Shown: positions 29,795-40,299, numbered from the stretch's first letter. The stretch: 64,000 nucleotides of DNA from Candidatus Latescibacterota bacterium (GCA_963667175.2 CAXXXF010000006.1:1-64000), one strand, 5' to 3'. The notes: a model not told the origin generated them from the sequence alone. Numbers and translations: made by a program.

Positions 29795-30697
29795 TCAGGC
29801 GCACGATGCCGTTTCCAGGTCGCGAGACGCTTTCAGCAATGCCTCTTGAATGTTTAGAAATTCAAGATACCCGGGTGGCATTGGAAATCTGGCACTGTCA
29901 AACGGCTGAAATGGATCGACGATCTTCTGCCTTGCAAATGCGTAGAGAGCCTTCTGGTGGTCGTTCGCCTCAGAAGCCCGGTCGAAGGGAATACCGCAAT
30001 GATTACGCCACAGTCGAGGATCAACGACATCAACCATCGCCTGAATTCGTGAGTCTCGATTACCAAACTTCGAGTTCAGGTAATTGGACAATCTCTCGGC
30101 CTGCTCACGCGGTGCTCGCATGATATCTTCGTACCCAATAAAAAGCCGGTGCGCCGCGTATTCGGTGTCGCGCAGGATCAGCGTCATCATGTGCTGCCAA
30201 CGCAGCAGATTCATCGCCACGAAAGAGACGCGAATTTTCGCATTTTGCGGCAATATGAACTTCTGCCACGAGATTGCGACGTCGAGAGGATTGCGAATCG
30301 TGATGACATATACAGCCTCTCCCCAAATCTGTTTCCAAACAGGCAAGAAATGGGCGAGCGCCGGGTCCTTCCAGAACCAGGGACCATCGTTCTGCATTTC
30401 TGACATCAGTTCACGTGCTTTACGCCTATACCCCTGATCAGTGGCTTTGTATTCCATTCGTTGCTGGAAGTCAGTCTCCCACCACGTCGCCCCGGAAGCA
30501 AAATCCCCTAAATCGGCCAGAAAATCCCATAACGGCAGGTATTCCCAATATCCTCTGGGCGCATGTTCATCAGCAGCGTGCAACTTTTCGGAAGCGCCCG
30601 CATACGCACCCCAGGCATGCACCATCTCAGCAACCACAGATGTCCCGCTGCGCTCTACGCCAAGTACGATAATAGGTTGGCATTCAGAGCGGTTCAT
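29795..30697 (-). CDS. Sulfotransferase family protein
   Basis: LGVERSGTS, WKDP and IRNPLDVA motifs. Confidence 0.9.
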   Translation of the reverse strand: MNRSECQPIIVLGVERSGTSVVAEMVHAWGAYAGASEKLHAADEHAPRGYWEYLPLWDFLADLGDFASGATWWETDFQQRMEYKATDQGYRRKARELMSEMQNDGPWFWKDPALAHFLPVWKQIWGEAVYVITIRNPLDVAISWQKFILPQNAKIRVSFVAMNLLRWQHMMTLILRDTEYAAHRLFIGYEDIMRAPREQAERLSNYLNSKFGNRDSRIQAMVDVVDPRLWRNHCGIPFDRASEANDHQKALYAFARQKIVDPFQPFDSARFPMPPGYLEFLNIQEALLKASRDLETASCA

Positions 30698-30719
30698 TTC
30701 GAGTGCCCTTTGATACTTC

Positions 30720-30817
30720 CGTCAACGACGCATTACGTTTGGCCGCGCCCGAATCGAGACGTGGTGACGCGCAGGCGTCACGGGGCTGAAGCCGGGAACG
30801 AGCGTGCCTGCTGAGGT
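30720..30817 (-). other. Degenerate attC-like site
   Basis: CGTCAAC-GACGC..CGTT...AACG-AGCGT; inner GTGACGC/GCGTCAC. Confidence 0.4.
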
Positions 30818-30825
30818 CAGGGTCC

Positions 30826-31569
30826 TCAGACCGCAGTCAGCAAGATAGGCCGACCATCGGTAATGACAACAGTATGCTCATAGTGAGCCGAGAGAGATCC
30901 GTTTGAGGTTTTCATTGTCCAACCGTCGCTGTCTTCAACGGCCCGGGCCGGGTTCTCGGCAATCAATGGCTCGATCGTGATCACAAGACCATTCGTAAGC
31001 GGCGTCGAATCGAGCGGATTATAGGTGTTGGCAACGATGGGGTCTTCATGGATAACGCGACCTACTCCATGCCCGGTAAGCTCACTGACAACCCGGAATC
31101 CTTGTTGCGTCACTTCTTGCTCTACGGCATAGCCGATGCAATTGATCGGTTTGCCTGCACGAGCTACGGCCACCGCCCTCTCGAACGCCGTGCGGGCGCA
31201 TCGGCACAATCTGGCGGCTTTCGCGGAGCATGGAGGTATCGGGATGGTTATTGCTGCATCTGCAATGTATCCCTTCAGTTCCGCGGTGACATCCAGGCTT
31301 ACAATGTCACCCTTTTCGAGCACTCGATCACCCGGAATACCGTGGACGATCTCGTCATTGACGCTGATAAGATTGACGCCGGGAAAACCGTAAAACAGCC
31401 GGGGTGCGGACGTTGCGCCGTACCGGTTGAGCACCGACTCGCCAGCGCGATCGACGTCCGCAGTGGTTACTCCGGCGCGAACGAAACACGCCATTTCCCT
31501 CAACGTGGCGGCAACCACCTGCCCGGCCTTCGCAAGGCCTTCGAAATCCTCAGGACATTCTATCGACAA
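30826..31569 (-). CDS. map: Type I methionine aminopeptidase
   Basis: SVNDEIVHGIP, GHGVG..HE and SAHYEHTV; probable TTG start. Confidence 0.92.
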   Translation of the reverse strand: MSIECPEDFEGLAKAGQVVAATLREMACFVRAGVTTADVDRAGESVLNRYGATSAPRLFYGFPGVNLISVNDEIVHGIPGDRVLEKGDIVSLDVTAELKGYIADAAITIPIPPCSAKAARLCRCARTAFERAVAVARAGKPINCIGYAVEQEVTQQGFRVVSELTGHGVGRVIHEDPIVANTYNPLDSTPLTNGLVITIEPLIAENPARAVEDSDGWTMKTSNGSLSAHYEHTVVITDGRPILLTAV

Positions 31570-31590
31570 CGACCTGCTCCCTTTGATGGG

Positions 31591-31690
31591 GATAACTCTC
31601 AATAGTGACCGGTTTGAAGCAATAATGCGGCTTATTGTGGCCGACAGCAATCCTTCGCCTGTAAACACAGCCCTACAGGTCATAGCCGTC
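31591..31690 (-). other. Degenerate attC-like site
   Basis: GGATAAC..GTGACCGGTTTG...TAAAC..GGTCAT. Confidence 0.35.
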
Positions 31691-31696
31691 GGTGAC

Positions 31697-32905
31697 TCAG
31701 GCGCGCATTCGATTGAGGCAATCCTCATAAGCGTCAAAGCGCTCGCCTTCCCGTTCCTCGGGATCGACCTTCTTGAGGAACAACGCGCTGCCGGGCTTTT
31801 TGCCGGTGAATTCGCGGTGACTCTTGATGTGTGCCGGGTTTTCACCGCTCCATTTGACTTCGCCGTCCTGCAGATACACGAAGTTTCCTCCGTGTTCGTC
31901 GATCATCGCCTGCATCCGATCGCGATAGAACAGTCCCTGTTCGCAAGCCGTTTCCCTTACCGTGGCCATGATTTCGGGCGGATCTTCCTCGACGGAGTCA
32001 AATTCGTTCAATGGACCCTCGACCTCACTCTTGAAGTCAATTTCGTCAAGATCGACCGTTCCGAATCCGCTCTGCGCGGCCACGAGGAGATGGTTGCGGT
32101 CGCGACGGAATGGCGGCGTGGGCCAATCGGAAGTGGGATCGTGCCCCATCAGGCTCGTGCCGACGGCATCGGTGGCGATGATCTGGTCGCCCGAGATGAG
32201 GGCGTTGCACACGCGGCCCTCGCCGTCCCATTCACGACCCCATTGACCTGTCGTGGCGTCGATGATATTGAGGCACGGGTTGGTAATACGCGCCAGATCG
32301 GGCAGCACGTAGGACAGCCGGATTGCGTGGTGGAAGTAGGTGCGCACGCGACCCTCCGGCGGAATCGTGGGCGTGAGGCCAAAGAGGTTCTTGGTGCAAA
32401 GTGTGACGCCCATGAACAGGTGGTTCTTCAACTTGGCGACGGAAACGACCTCATCCGCTTCGCTGAAGCACCGGCTGAGCGTATAGCGCTGGAACATGCA
32501 GCCGCCGCCCGGTACGTCATACTCGGCGAAGGGAGGATAATTCGACTCCGCGTGCTCGACGTCAAATTCCTCGAGCAGCGGAAGGTAGTTGAAGTAGTCC
32601 GTCGCGGCCCCGGACGCGTCCCGGCAGAATGTGTCGGCGGCGACAAGGTCCGCGGACGTCCGCTCGCGCAGGAGCCGAAGGACGGCGCGGAAGACGGCAT
32701 CGTCGACAAGCTCTCGACGGCGGCCCTTGAATCGAGCCACGTTCGTATGCCCCATGTTGAACTTGAACGCAATGCGCCCCGCTCTCTCAAGCTTCTCCCA
32801 GGAACGCGCAAGCGGGGCGGTGGCCCGAACCAGGTTCTCATAGACCTCTTCGTCGGAGGCCCGGTGATCGCAATGGACTGCACGAACGCTGAATTTATGG
32901 TTCAT
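31697..32905 (-). CDS. DUF362 domain protein
   Basis: KFN, KLKNH..GVTLCTKNLFG and ATDAV motifs. Confidence 0.85.
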   Translation of the reverse strand: MNHKFSVRAVHCDHRASDEEVYENLVRATAPLARSWEKLERAGRIAFKFNMGHTNVARFKGRRRELVDDAVFRAVLRLLRERTSADLVAADTFCRDASGAATDYFNYLPLLEEFDVEHAESNYPPFAEYDVPGGGCMFQRYTLSRCFSEADEVVSVAKLKNHLFMGVTLCTKNLFGLTPTIPPEGRVRTYFHHAIRLSYVLPDLARITNPCLNIIDATTGQWGREWDGEGRVCNALISGDQIIATDAVGTSLMGHDPTSDWPTPPFRRDRNHLLVAAQSGFGTVDLDEIDFKSEVEGPLNEFDSVEEDPPEIMATVRETACEQGLFYRDRMQAMIDEHGGNFVYLQDGEVKWSGENPAHIKSHREFTGKKPGSALFLKKVDPEEREGERFDAYEDCLNRMRA

Positions 32906-33082
32906 TTCTATACTCTCCTTGTGTGAACGGCGGTTCCGGGGTCGGTCCATCAGACGATGGGTTGCCCGAATGTTTCAACAGGCTGGGACAGTCGCGGCGT
33001 CTCGTGCGATGGCGGAATGCCGGCAGGGTAGCTCATCCGGCAAATTCCAAACCGATGTGTAATGAGATATGTTCCTTCAACT

Positions 33083-33424
33083 TCAATTGCCATCCATTTC
33101 CTGAGATAGATCCACGAGCAACGACAATTCTGTCACCGACCTTCGAACCCACGTGTCTCGCTTGAATTGACGGTGATATGCATCAATTTCGCGCAAAGAC
33201 TCGTTGGCCACACGCTGTGCCCGCTCCATATTCTCCGAGCGAATGTAGGAAAGCAGGTAGTCGTCACCGTTCAAGGAGAAAAGAAACCAGGACTCAATGT
33301 CCACTCCTTCATCGCGTAGTGTCGCCAATGCTTCGTCTTTGCGCGCATTGATTGTACTTGCCCATTCCGACACCCGTTCGCCGGAGTCTTTCTTAAGCTT
33401 TATCAGGTACGCCTTCACGTCCAT
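33083..33424 (-). CDS. Hypothetical protein (DUF6176-like)
   Basis: TLRDEGVDIESWF and IDAYHRQFK. Confidence 0.75.
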   Translation of the reverse strand: MDVKAYLIKLKKDSGERVSEWASTINARKDEALATLRDEGVDIESWFLFSLNGDDYLLSYIRSENMERAQRVANESLREIDAYHRQFKRDTWVRRSVTELSLLVDLSQEMDGN

Positions 33425-33479
33425 GGTCGCTCCGGTTATTTGTCCAGACTGTATGCTACTTCAGTTGACGTTTCTGTCA

Positions 33480-33670
33480 GCCGTATGCCGGCCTCCGGCG
33501 TGCCAGGTTGGGTAATGAGGAGCAGCCGGCTTTCCTTCGTGATATAGGCGTAAGCTCTTTGACGGTTTTCATTGGAGTGGGGATCGGAGAAACCCGTGTC
33601 TCACGTGTCCTGTAACATTCTCGGCACCCCCGTTGCCGGAGGTGCCGTGTCAACCGATATATAGGCTTGT
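33480..33670 (-). pseudogene. 5' fragment plus leader of a NUDIX paralog of 42017-42457
   Basis: MKTVKRAYAYITKESRLLLITQP vs MKTRHRAYAYITNGSRLLLFTQP; shared upstream hairpin. Confidence 0.8.
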
Positions 33671-33711
33671 CGGATCACCTGAGATTTAAGTGCCAACCAT
33701 TACCTCTTTTT

Positions 33712-34017
33712 TCATTCATCTCCTGCTAGTGCTTCTGACCAACGCCTGGCCATTGCCCTCAATTCTTCCTCATGGTCGGGCCAATCGTGAAGCGTGGCTG
33801 GATCAAAGTCAGCACCATTGGGCCAGACGAGTGTATGGACCTCGGAATCGATACGCACCTGATTAAAGAGCACTTCATCCATCAGAGGTCCGAACAACTC
33901 GCCCTCGAGAACCGGACGAAAATCGATTTCCTGTGTCGTTTTATCGTTGAATCTGACATTGATCCGATGAGGCCCGACAATCTCAAATTCAATGACTTCA
34001 TAGATCGAATGACTCAT
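33712..34017 (-). CDS. DUF2442 protein
   Basis: TLVWPNGADFDPATL. Confidence 0.88.
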   Translation of the reverse strand: MSHSIYEVIEFEIVGPHRINVRFNDKTTQEIDFRPVLEGELFGPLMDEVLFNQVRIDSEVHTLVWPNGADFDPATLHDWPDHEEELRAMARRWSEALAGDE

Positions 34018-34028
34018 TCCATTCTCCC

Positions 34029-34298
34029 TTAATGTAGCGGATCGATCGGCAAGGGCGGATGCCCGGATTGGAGCCGATCCCAATCTACAAGTAGCTCAAT
34101 CTGGTGTAACTCCGCCCAGGCTTCGACGAATCGTCGTTGCCGGCGTGGCAAAGTCCCTGCGATCAATTCAACAGTATCCACAGCGTAAACGGCCACTTCA
34201 TCTTGATAGTAGGCGTGAAAATGAGGCCGATGGTGCTGTGTTCTCGGTTCGGCAAACATGCGAATGATGATTCCGAAAAACCGAGAAATCTCAGGCAC
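34029..34298 (-). CDS. DUF4160 protein
   Basis: PEISRFFGIIIRM, HHRPHFHAYY and IDPL. Confidence 0.9.
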   Translation of the reverse strand: MPEISRFFGIIIRMFAEPRTQHHRPHFHAYYQDEVAVYAVDTVELIAGTLPRRQRRFVEAWAELHQIELLVDWDRLQSGHPPLPIDPLH

Positions 34299-34448
34299 TT
34301 GTCTTCCTTGCGATATGGATTCTGTCGACATAATCCCGCAGGAAGTATACCGAATTCTGCGAGGGTAGGCAAAACCCGAATTTGGAGAGGTGGGCGTCTG
34401 CTGTTGCACATGCGAGCTTGACCAATAAGCCCGTCAAATCTCCATGTT

Positions 34449-34601
34449 GGCGAGCGTCCTCAAAGACTGCGAAACCGCGAAGAAAGTTAGGCGAGGGGGC
34501 TGTTGCCTCGAATCCGCGGACACGGTGCTACCTGTGTACGCTACTTCGGTTGGGGGACGGTATGCATCGGGTTGGCTGATTCTCGCCTTTCAGGCTATGC
34601 C
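34449..34601 (-). other. Degenerate attC-family repeat
   Basis: Colinear with 37706-37864; GCGAAACCGCGAAG..GTTAGGCG motif. Confidence 0.55.
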
Positions 34602-35567
34602 TTCGATTGCAGCCTCGCCCAGGCGAATCGCCGCATCGGGAAGCGCGAGTATTCGGTCTTCCAGTCCCCAGGTTCTCCGGTTCGACGACGTCGGCCCCCA
34701 CTTCCGGTGGAGCTAGCAGAGGCGTTTGGCATAATAGTCGGCGAAGATGAGCGGGAGTGCGGCCCGTTCATCATCTGTGGGAGGCCGGATCGAGAAGTAC
34801 CCCTTAACGAACTGCTGCATTTCCTCATCGGTAAGCTGTCGACCCACGGTCCCCATCAGCCATTGCATCCGGACCATCACGACGTCCTCGAGCGCCGGAG
34901 CGACGTGAGCTGAATTGAAGTCGGTGAAACGGACTTCGCCTGATGGCGAAGAAATCGTGTTCCAGCTTCGCACGTCTCCACGACAGAAGAGCCACCGGAC
35001 GTCCATCTTTTTAGGTGTGTCATTCAACTGTGCTCGAAGCCGAGCGACAGCGTCCGCCATGTCCGAGGAAAACGTCGTCCTCTCGCAATATTCCAGAGCC
35101 TCGGAGATGTACGGCCGCACATCTCCGACTTCTGATCTGCAGGCTGGAAAGTCTTCGCTCGCATCGTGAACCCGTGCGAGCGCCACCCCCACGTCGCGGA
35201 GCGTGTCGACGCGGTCTGCGACCTCTCCCTCCAGGAAGCCCTCGACCGAAATCACCAGGTCTCGAACGGACTTGCATAAGCTTCCGTCCGTGGTTGGCCG
35301 GATGTCAGGACAGGGCGCGCCGCGATCGGAAAGGTGTCGCACGAACGCCGCGATGGTTTCGGGATGGGTCGCACAGTCCCACCCCGGATTCACGCGGAAC
35401 ACAACGCGTCCGTCCCGCAAGCTGTCGCAAAAGAAGACGCACCGCGAATTCGCCCTGCGGACGCGGGTTACTTCCAAGTCCCAGAATCGCTTGCAGAGAT
35501 CCACGATCTCCCTCTGATCAGGCAGCGGGCCCGTTTTATCTCTAGTTCTGGGATAACGTGTTTCCAC
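34590..35567 (-). pseudogene. Phosphotransferase (homoserine kinase II-like) with in-frame TAG at 34713-34715
   Basis: LARVH, RGDVRSWN and TDF motifs; frame continues 40 codons past the TAG. Confidence 0.75.
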
Positions 35568-35601
35568 TTGCTCTCTTAGCTCAGGGCCGGTCGTATCTGC
35601 A

Positions 35602-35695
35602 CGTAGCTGGTGACGTTATGGCTGTTCTGCGAACCTGACGAAGCCAGCTTGGGGCGAGGGGTGGATACCTCGAGCCGCAGACAGCCAGTTCTACG
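35602..35695 (-). other. attC-like site
   Basis: TGGCTGT(T)CTGCG / CGCAGACAGCCA stem with one extrahelical T; GCGAACCTG motif. Confidence 0.6.
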
Positions 35696-35817
35696 CTTGC
35701 GGCATGGCCCCTTTCATACGAAGCATAAGAACGGACTAACTCGAGGCCCACACCGAAAACACTCGATTTTGTACTTCCTGAATCTGGTCTTTCAGTCAGC
35801 CAGAGCTCAATTTACCG

Positions 35818-36333
35818 TCATGAATCGATGGCATGAAGATTGTACCGGTCAAATAGCATCCTGGTCTTCGGATTCCTCATCGCCCCGAGTACAGAGATTC
35901 CGACAACCTCTCCTCCCAGGCGTTCGATCAATCTGACGAGAGCCTTCGCCTGAGCCCCGGTTTCTATCACATCATCGACGACCAGAATTCGATCACCCTC
36001 AGAAACAAGACTGCGATTCACCTCCAGTGCCTTCTTCGTTCCTGTATAGTCAACAAAGGAAATCTGAGCCACATATCGACGAAGCGTAGGAAGGGCGCCT
36101 CCCGTCCTTATCGGTATAAATCCCTTTCCCAGTTTGAGTGCCACCGCGCTGCCTAGGACGAAGCCCAATGCTTCTGGACTCGCAACCTTTTCGAACTGCA
36201 CCCCCACAAATGGTCTGGCCAAATCGGTCACCAGATGCTTTAACACGGCGGGACTATTGCAAAGGGGCGTTAGATCGACCTTGTTTCCCCGAACCCTACG
36301 ACCTATATGGCCCTTGTAGTAGCTCCAATCCAT
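35818..36333 (-). CDS. Adenine phosphoribosyltransferase-like protein
   Basis: EALGF and ILVVDDVIETG PRPP motif. Confidence 0.88.
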   Translation of the reverse strand: MDWSYYKGHIGRRVRGNKVDLTPLCNSPAVLKHLVTDLARPFVGVQFEKVASPEALGFVLGSAVALKLGKGFIPIRTGGALPTLRRYVAQISFVDYTGTKKALEVNRSLVSEGDRILVVDDVIETGAQAKALVRLIERLGGEVVGISVLGAMRNPKTRMLFDRYNLHAIDS

Positions 36334-36404
36334 TGTTCACGCCGTTCCTGAGCAGGAAGCTTGTCGATAATTCAGATTGTCGGCGGGACACTTTACTGAC
36401 CACA

Positions 36405-36826
36405 CTATCTGGTTGGTCTACCTGCATGCCTGGACACAAGACGCGCGATTGACGCTTCCAGTGTACCCTTTGACTTACAATGTCTAATTGCACTAAGAAC
36501 CCTGAGACGCGTAAATTCTGTATTCTCTTCAATCACTATTTAAAATAAATCCAAGCAGCTTCGCTTCTGTGAAACTGAGCCCAATCACAGTTCGCGTAGC
36601 GTGGCATATCATGCATATAGAAATCTCTTTCTGCATAGATAACACCACTATCCCTCTTCGTGTATCGAATATCTACCTGCTGAGATTCAAGATAGGTTGT
36701 TACCGCATCCCAGACCAGCGCCTTTGGAGTCTTTTTGAAATCCTGCCGCAATTCGAAATCATAAAGCTGGGAATACGCAGAGCAACTTACCAACAATAAA
36801 CAGAAAATTACACCGAAAGATCGCAC
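36405..36826 (-). pseudogene. Putative lipoprotein, frameshift at ~36540
   Basis: Lipobox-like LVSC; second frame IVIEEN..CKSKGTLE continues to 36405. Confidence 0.55.
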
Positions 36827-37680
36827 AATAGGTCACCCATGTTAGAGTTCTCCGTACCTACGCACCCGAGCAGCGGGCCCGTTTCATCTCTGGATCTGGG
36901 ATAGCTGCCAAGCCAGTCTCCCGTCACGAATTCAAACGACCAGTTGTCTGTGTTCAGCACACCCATGCACCCCTCGTGGACTGCCGGCTTTTGTGATCGC
37001 CGCGCATCGCTGACGACACTTGCGACCTGCACGCACATTGTGTCATACACCCGGCGTGGTGCGACGGGGTGGTGGAAATGGCCATACACATGAAATGCAG
37101 GTTTTCGTTTCTTCAGGAAGCTCAGCATCGCATCGGGACCCGGCGCCAGGCCTTCGGATTCGGCGCCGACTCCGAATCCTCCTTCGTGGGAGACCAGGAC
37201 TTCGACGACATCCCCTGAACGAGAATCGAGCCCGCCGGGATCCCCTGCTTCACAGAATCCAACCCGTACGTCCCGATCGTGATGGACGAATCCGTCGGGA
37301 ACGGACTCGAAGATACCGTGCGGATCGATGGGTTGGGGATGTCCAGGTCCTTCTTCATCTAAAGTTCGAAGCGCTGCGAATTCGTCGTGGTTCCCCGCCG
37401 TAACCAGAATGGGCCGAGTCAGATACTCACGGATCCTGGCAGGGAGAGTGGCTTCAACACTATCCAGCAGGATCAGCTTAGCCAGGTCATAGACGGCAGG
37501 ATCCCACTTCTCGAACCTGTCGTATGGCACGTCTCCAGTCCTGGGTTCCGGCAAAACCCCCAGGTCACCTACCTGCACCACGAGATCAAACGGTCTTCTC
37601 CTTTCGGATTGCCAAACCAGCAGGACTGACAGGGCGTGACAAACCCGCCCGTGTACATCACCGATGAATGCAATCTCCAT
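36808..37680 (-). CDS. Metallophosphoesterase
   Basis: GDVHG, VGDLG, GNHD and GHFH motifs. Confidence 0.9.
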   Translation of the reverse strand: MEIAFIGDVHGRVCHALSVLLVWQSERRRPFDLVVQVGDLGVLPEPRTGDVPYDRFEKWDPAVYDLAKLILLDSVEATLPARIREYLTRPILVTAGNHDEFAALRTLDEEGPGHPQPIDPHGIFESVPDGFVHHDRDVRVGFCEAGDPGGLDSRSGDVVEVLVSHEGGFGVGAESEGLAPGPDAMLSFLKKRKPAFHVYGHFHHPVAPRRVYDTMCVQVASVVSDARRSQKPAVHEGCMGVLNTDNWSFEFVTGDWLGSYPRSRDETGPLLGCVGTENSNMGDLLCDLSV

Positions 37681-37705
37681 GGCGTTCTCGTTCCATTCAG
37701 CTTGC

Positions 37706-37864
37706 GCCTGACGTTTCCGCGGGCTACGAGACTGCGAAGAGAGTTGGGCGAAAGGCCCTTTGCCTTGAATTCGAGTACACCTTATTGCCTGTGTGCGATG
37801 CTTCGGTGGGGGAAAAGGTAAGCATCGGGTCGGCTGATCGCGCGCCCCGCGCGAAGTGGTACAT
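37706..37864 (-). other. Degenerate attC-family repeat
   Basis: GCCTGAC-GTTTC-CGCGGG...CCCGCG-C-GAAGT; paralog of 34449-34601. Confidence 0.55.
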
Positions 37865-37875
37865 GTCGTGCGACG

Positions 37876-38319
37876 CTATTGGTCCAGCCGTTTGTAGAAG
37901 AACACCTCTCCCAATTCATCGTCAAAGGGAATTCCCTCCAGATTCCCACAGCGTTCGAAGCCTACATGCCTGTGCCAGGTTTGAGGTTCATGCTCGTTGA
38001 CAGCACATGAACTCAGCAGAACCGTCTCGTCTCGTTCCCTCAAGAGACGCTCCAGAAATCCCAGGAACGCCCTCCCTACACCCTTGCCTTGGTATTCCTT
38101 ATTCACGACGATTGAGCTGATATAAGGGATCCCGCCCTGTTGACCTGGCCACAAATACGAAAGGTGCAACGCGCCTGCCAATCCGCCACCAGACTCAGCC
38201 ACGAACAATTCACTCAGACCGGGAATCTGATGAGCGGGGTAATTGGAGTCCAGCTTTAGTGTATACCTGCACCAGTCCAAATCGGAATCGGTGGCCGGTC
38301 GTATGGGGATCTCATTCAA
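37876..38319 (-). CDS. GNAT acetyltransferase
   Basis: YQGKGVG and WHRHVGF; start uncertain. Confidence 0.85.
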   Translation of the reverse strand: MNEIPIRPATDSDLDWCRYTLKLDSNYPAHQIPGLSELFVAESGGGLAGALHLSYLWPGQQGGIPYISSIVVNKEYQGKGVGRAFLGFLERLLRERDETVLLSSCAVNEHEPQTWHRHVGFERCGNLEGIPFDDELGEVFFYKRLDQ

Positions 38320-38458
38320 TGTTGGAGTGCTCCCGATATTGCATACCTTACGCCCTACCTTTTGTTCTGTGTGGGAAACCGGTTGCCCGAAATCAGCTGC
38401 CAAGTCGCACGTAAGTCCGGAACCACGAGCGCCCCCTCGTCGTCTCCCGGGCCAACCC

Positions 38459-39067
38459 TCACAGGATCTCCTTGCCGAAGTCGGCGTAGGTCCCTGCGGC
38501 GGAAAGCCTGATCGGGGCGTTGATTCCATCCAGCTCGGTGGCCACGGAATCCAGTGCTGCGAAATCGGGGACGGTCCACACGGCCAGCCCGCCGGGTTCG
38601 GGCGCCAGCATCCCGATTCTCTGGACGAGGAGATTGAGGGTGAACTCAGGATGCTGTTTTGCACGGCTCTCGTAGAAGCCCCTGACCGTATCCGCGGTGT
38701 CGCGGGAAGCGAAAAACTCGGCGTAGTAGGCGCCGTTGCGGGCCGGGACCGGTTCGAGCAGCGGAGTGTAGCACCCGGCCGCGTCGATCCGCGCGACCTG
38801 AAAGAACGGCTGTTCCAGGTCGTCCGCCTCGCCGCTTCGAAAGATCCGGTCCCACGCGTCGATCCTGTCAAGGCCGGCGTTCCGCGTGTGCCAGACCGTC
38901 ATATAGCCCGGATCGGGCCCCAATCGCCACGTGCGGCCGACGGACAGAACCAACTCGTCCTCATACCCGCTGTCCCACCCCTCCTGGCCCTGTGCGGCCT
39001 GCGAGCGAAACGTCTCCGGATCGACGCCCGGCAGACGGCTGATGTACTCGATGTAAACAAGGCCCAT
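38459..39067 (-). CDS. Hypothetical protein (dimeric alpha-beta barrel-like)
   Basis: 202-aa ORF ending YADFGKEIL, coupled to upstream oxidoreductase. Confidence 0.75.
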   Translation of the reverse strand: MGLVYIEYISRLPGVDPETFRSQAAQGQEGWDSGYEDELVLSVGRTWRLGPDPGYMTVWHTRNAGLDRIDAWDRIFRSGEADDLEQPFFQVARIDAAGCYTPLLEPVPARNGAYYAEFFASRDTADTVRGFYESRAKQHPEFTLNLLVQRIGMLAPEPGGLAVWTVPDFAALDSVATELDGINAPIRLSAAGTYADFGKEIL

Positions 39068-39088
39068 CGCGTGTGTTGTCCTGTTGCC

Positions 39089-40141
39089 TCACGGCCTGGC
39101 CACAGGGACCTCTTTCCCGGTCGCCGCCGAGGCATAGAGCGCGTCCATGAGCCGCTGAATTCGCACGATCTCCGTACCCGATACGGGAGAAGCCTCACCC
39201 TGGCGGACGGCACGCAGGAATTCGACGATCAGCGGCCTCATATCGTAGTCGGCGGGCTTCAAGGCGGGGGTCTCCTCACGCCACGATCGTCCGTCGTCGG
39301 TCCAGATTTGAAGTGGCGAAATAGACGCTGCACCGCGGTCGCCGAGAAGGGTCCAGCCTTCGTGTCTGTCAGACGGCGCCTGAAGAAAATTCGCTTCCAC
39401 AGTCAGGATGGTATTGCCGGACAGCCGAATAAAGGCCGCGCCGTAGTCCTCGAAATCCGGATCGAGCGACGCCGGATCGACGTCGTCTCGTATGGTTCCG
39501 GCCGCAATCGGGTAACTGGAGACCCGCTGATGGCAGAATGCGCTGGCGGTCAGCGGTTCAAGGTTGCCAAGCAGCCAGAGCACGAGGTCGAGGTTGTGGA
39601 TCGTCCAGTGCGCGAGAGCGCCGCCGCCGCACGATCCACGCGACCGGTGCGCCATCGCCGGCAGTCCTCGGGCACACCCACCCCACGTTCGAACCGCGTG
39701 TACGTGACCGAGTACGCCGTCCGCGATCCGGTCTCTCAGGTACCGGGACTCGGCCCAGGTCCGGTATTGGAAGCAGATGCTCAGCAGTCGATCGTTTGTT
39801 TCGGCGGCATGGATCATGTCCCGTGCCTCGTCCGAATTCATCGCAACGGGCTTTTCGCACAGGACGTGACATCCCGCCTCAAGGCACATCACCGCGAGGG
39901 CTCGATGACTCGAGGGTAGCGTCGCAATGCTCACGACGTCGGGCCGGGTCCTTTCGAGCATCTCTTCCGCATCCAGAAATCCGGCGACGTCAAACTGCTT
40001 TCCGGCCCACGCCACCCGTTCTGGTTCCAGATCGCACACGCCTACAAGCGAACAGACTCCGGCATCTTCCGCCTCCTTGTAGGCCGGCAGATGTTGCGTG
40101 GTTGCGATCTGGCCGCACCCGATCACGGCGACTTTAGTCAT
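39089..40141 (-). CDS. Gfo/Idh/MocA oxidoreductase
   Basis: VIGCGQIA, HVLCEKP and GGGAL motifs. Confidence 0.93.
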   Translation of the reverse strand: MTKVAVIGCGQIATTQHLPAYKEAEDAGVCSLVGVCDLEPERVAWAGKQFDVAGFLDAEEMLERTRPDVVSIATLPSSHRALAVMCLEAGCHVLCEKPVAMNSDEARDMIHAAETNDRLLSICFQYRTWAESRYLRDRIADGVLGHVHAVRTWGGCARGLPAMAHRSRGSCGGGALAHWTIHNLDLVLWLLGNLEPLTASAFCHQRVSSYPIAAGTIRDDVDPASLDPDFEDYGAAFIRLSGNTILTVEANFLQAPSDRHEGWTLLGDRGAASISPLQIWTDDGRSWREETPALKPADYDMRPLIVEFLRAVRQGEASPVSGTEIVRIQRLMDALYASAATGKEVPVARP

Positions 40142-40229
40142 GAGCCCCTCGCAGCAGGAGGATAAACTTCACGCCGGATCGCAACACCGATGCGTTGTGC
40201 GCCATCACTCGGGCGTTCGACCCGCCCAT

Positions 40230-40299
40230 CGTCAACGACTCGACGATTCATTGAGCCGCGCCAGTCACGTCGAAGCTCTCAATGGGACGAACGTTTAGC
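40230..40299 (-). other. attC-like site
   Basis: CGTCAAC..TTCATTGAG...CTCAATGGG..GTTTAGC. Confidence 0.5.

Noticed and set aside
31427-32926. 499-aa plus-strand ORF
   Set aside because: Antisense shadow of DUF362 and map genes
38243-39919. 558-aa plus-strand ORF
   Set aside because: Antisense shadow of GC-rich minus-strand genes with clear motifs
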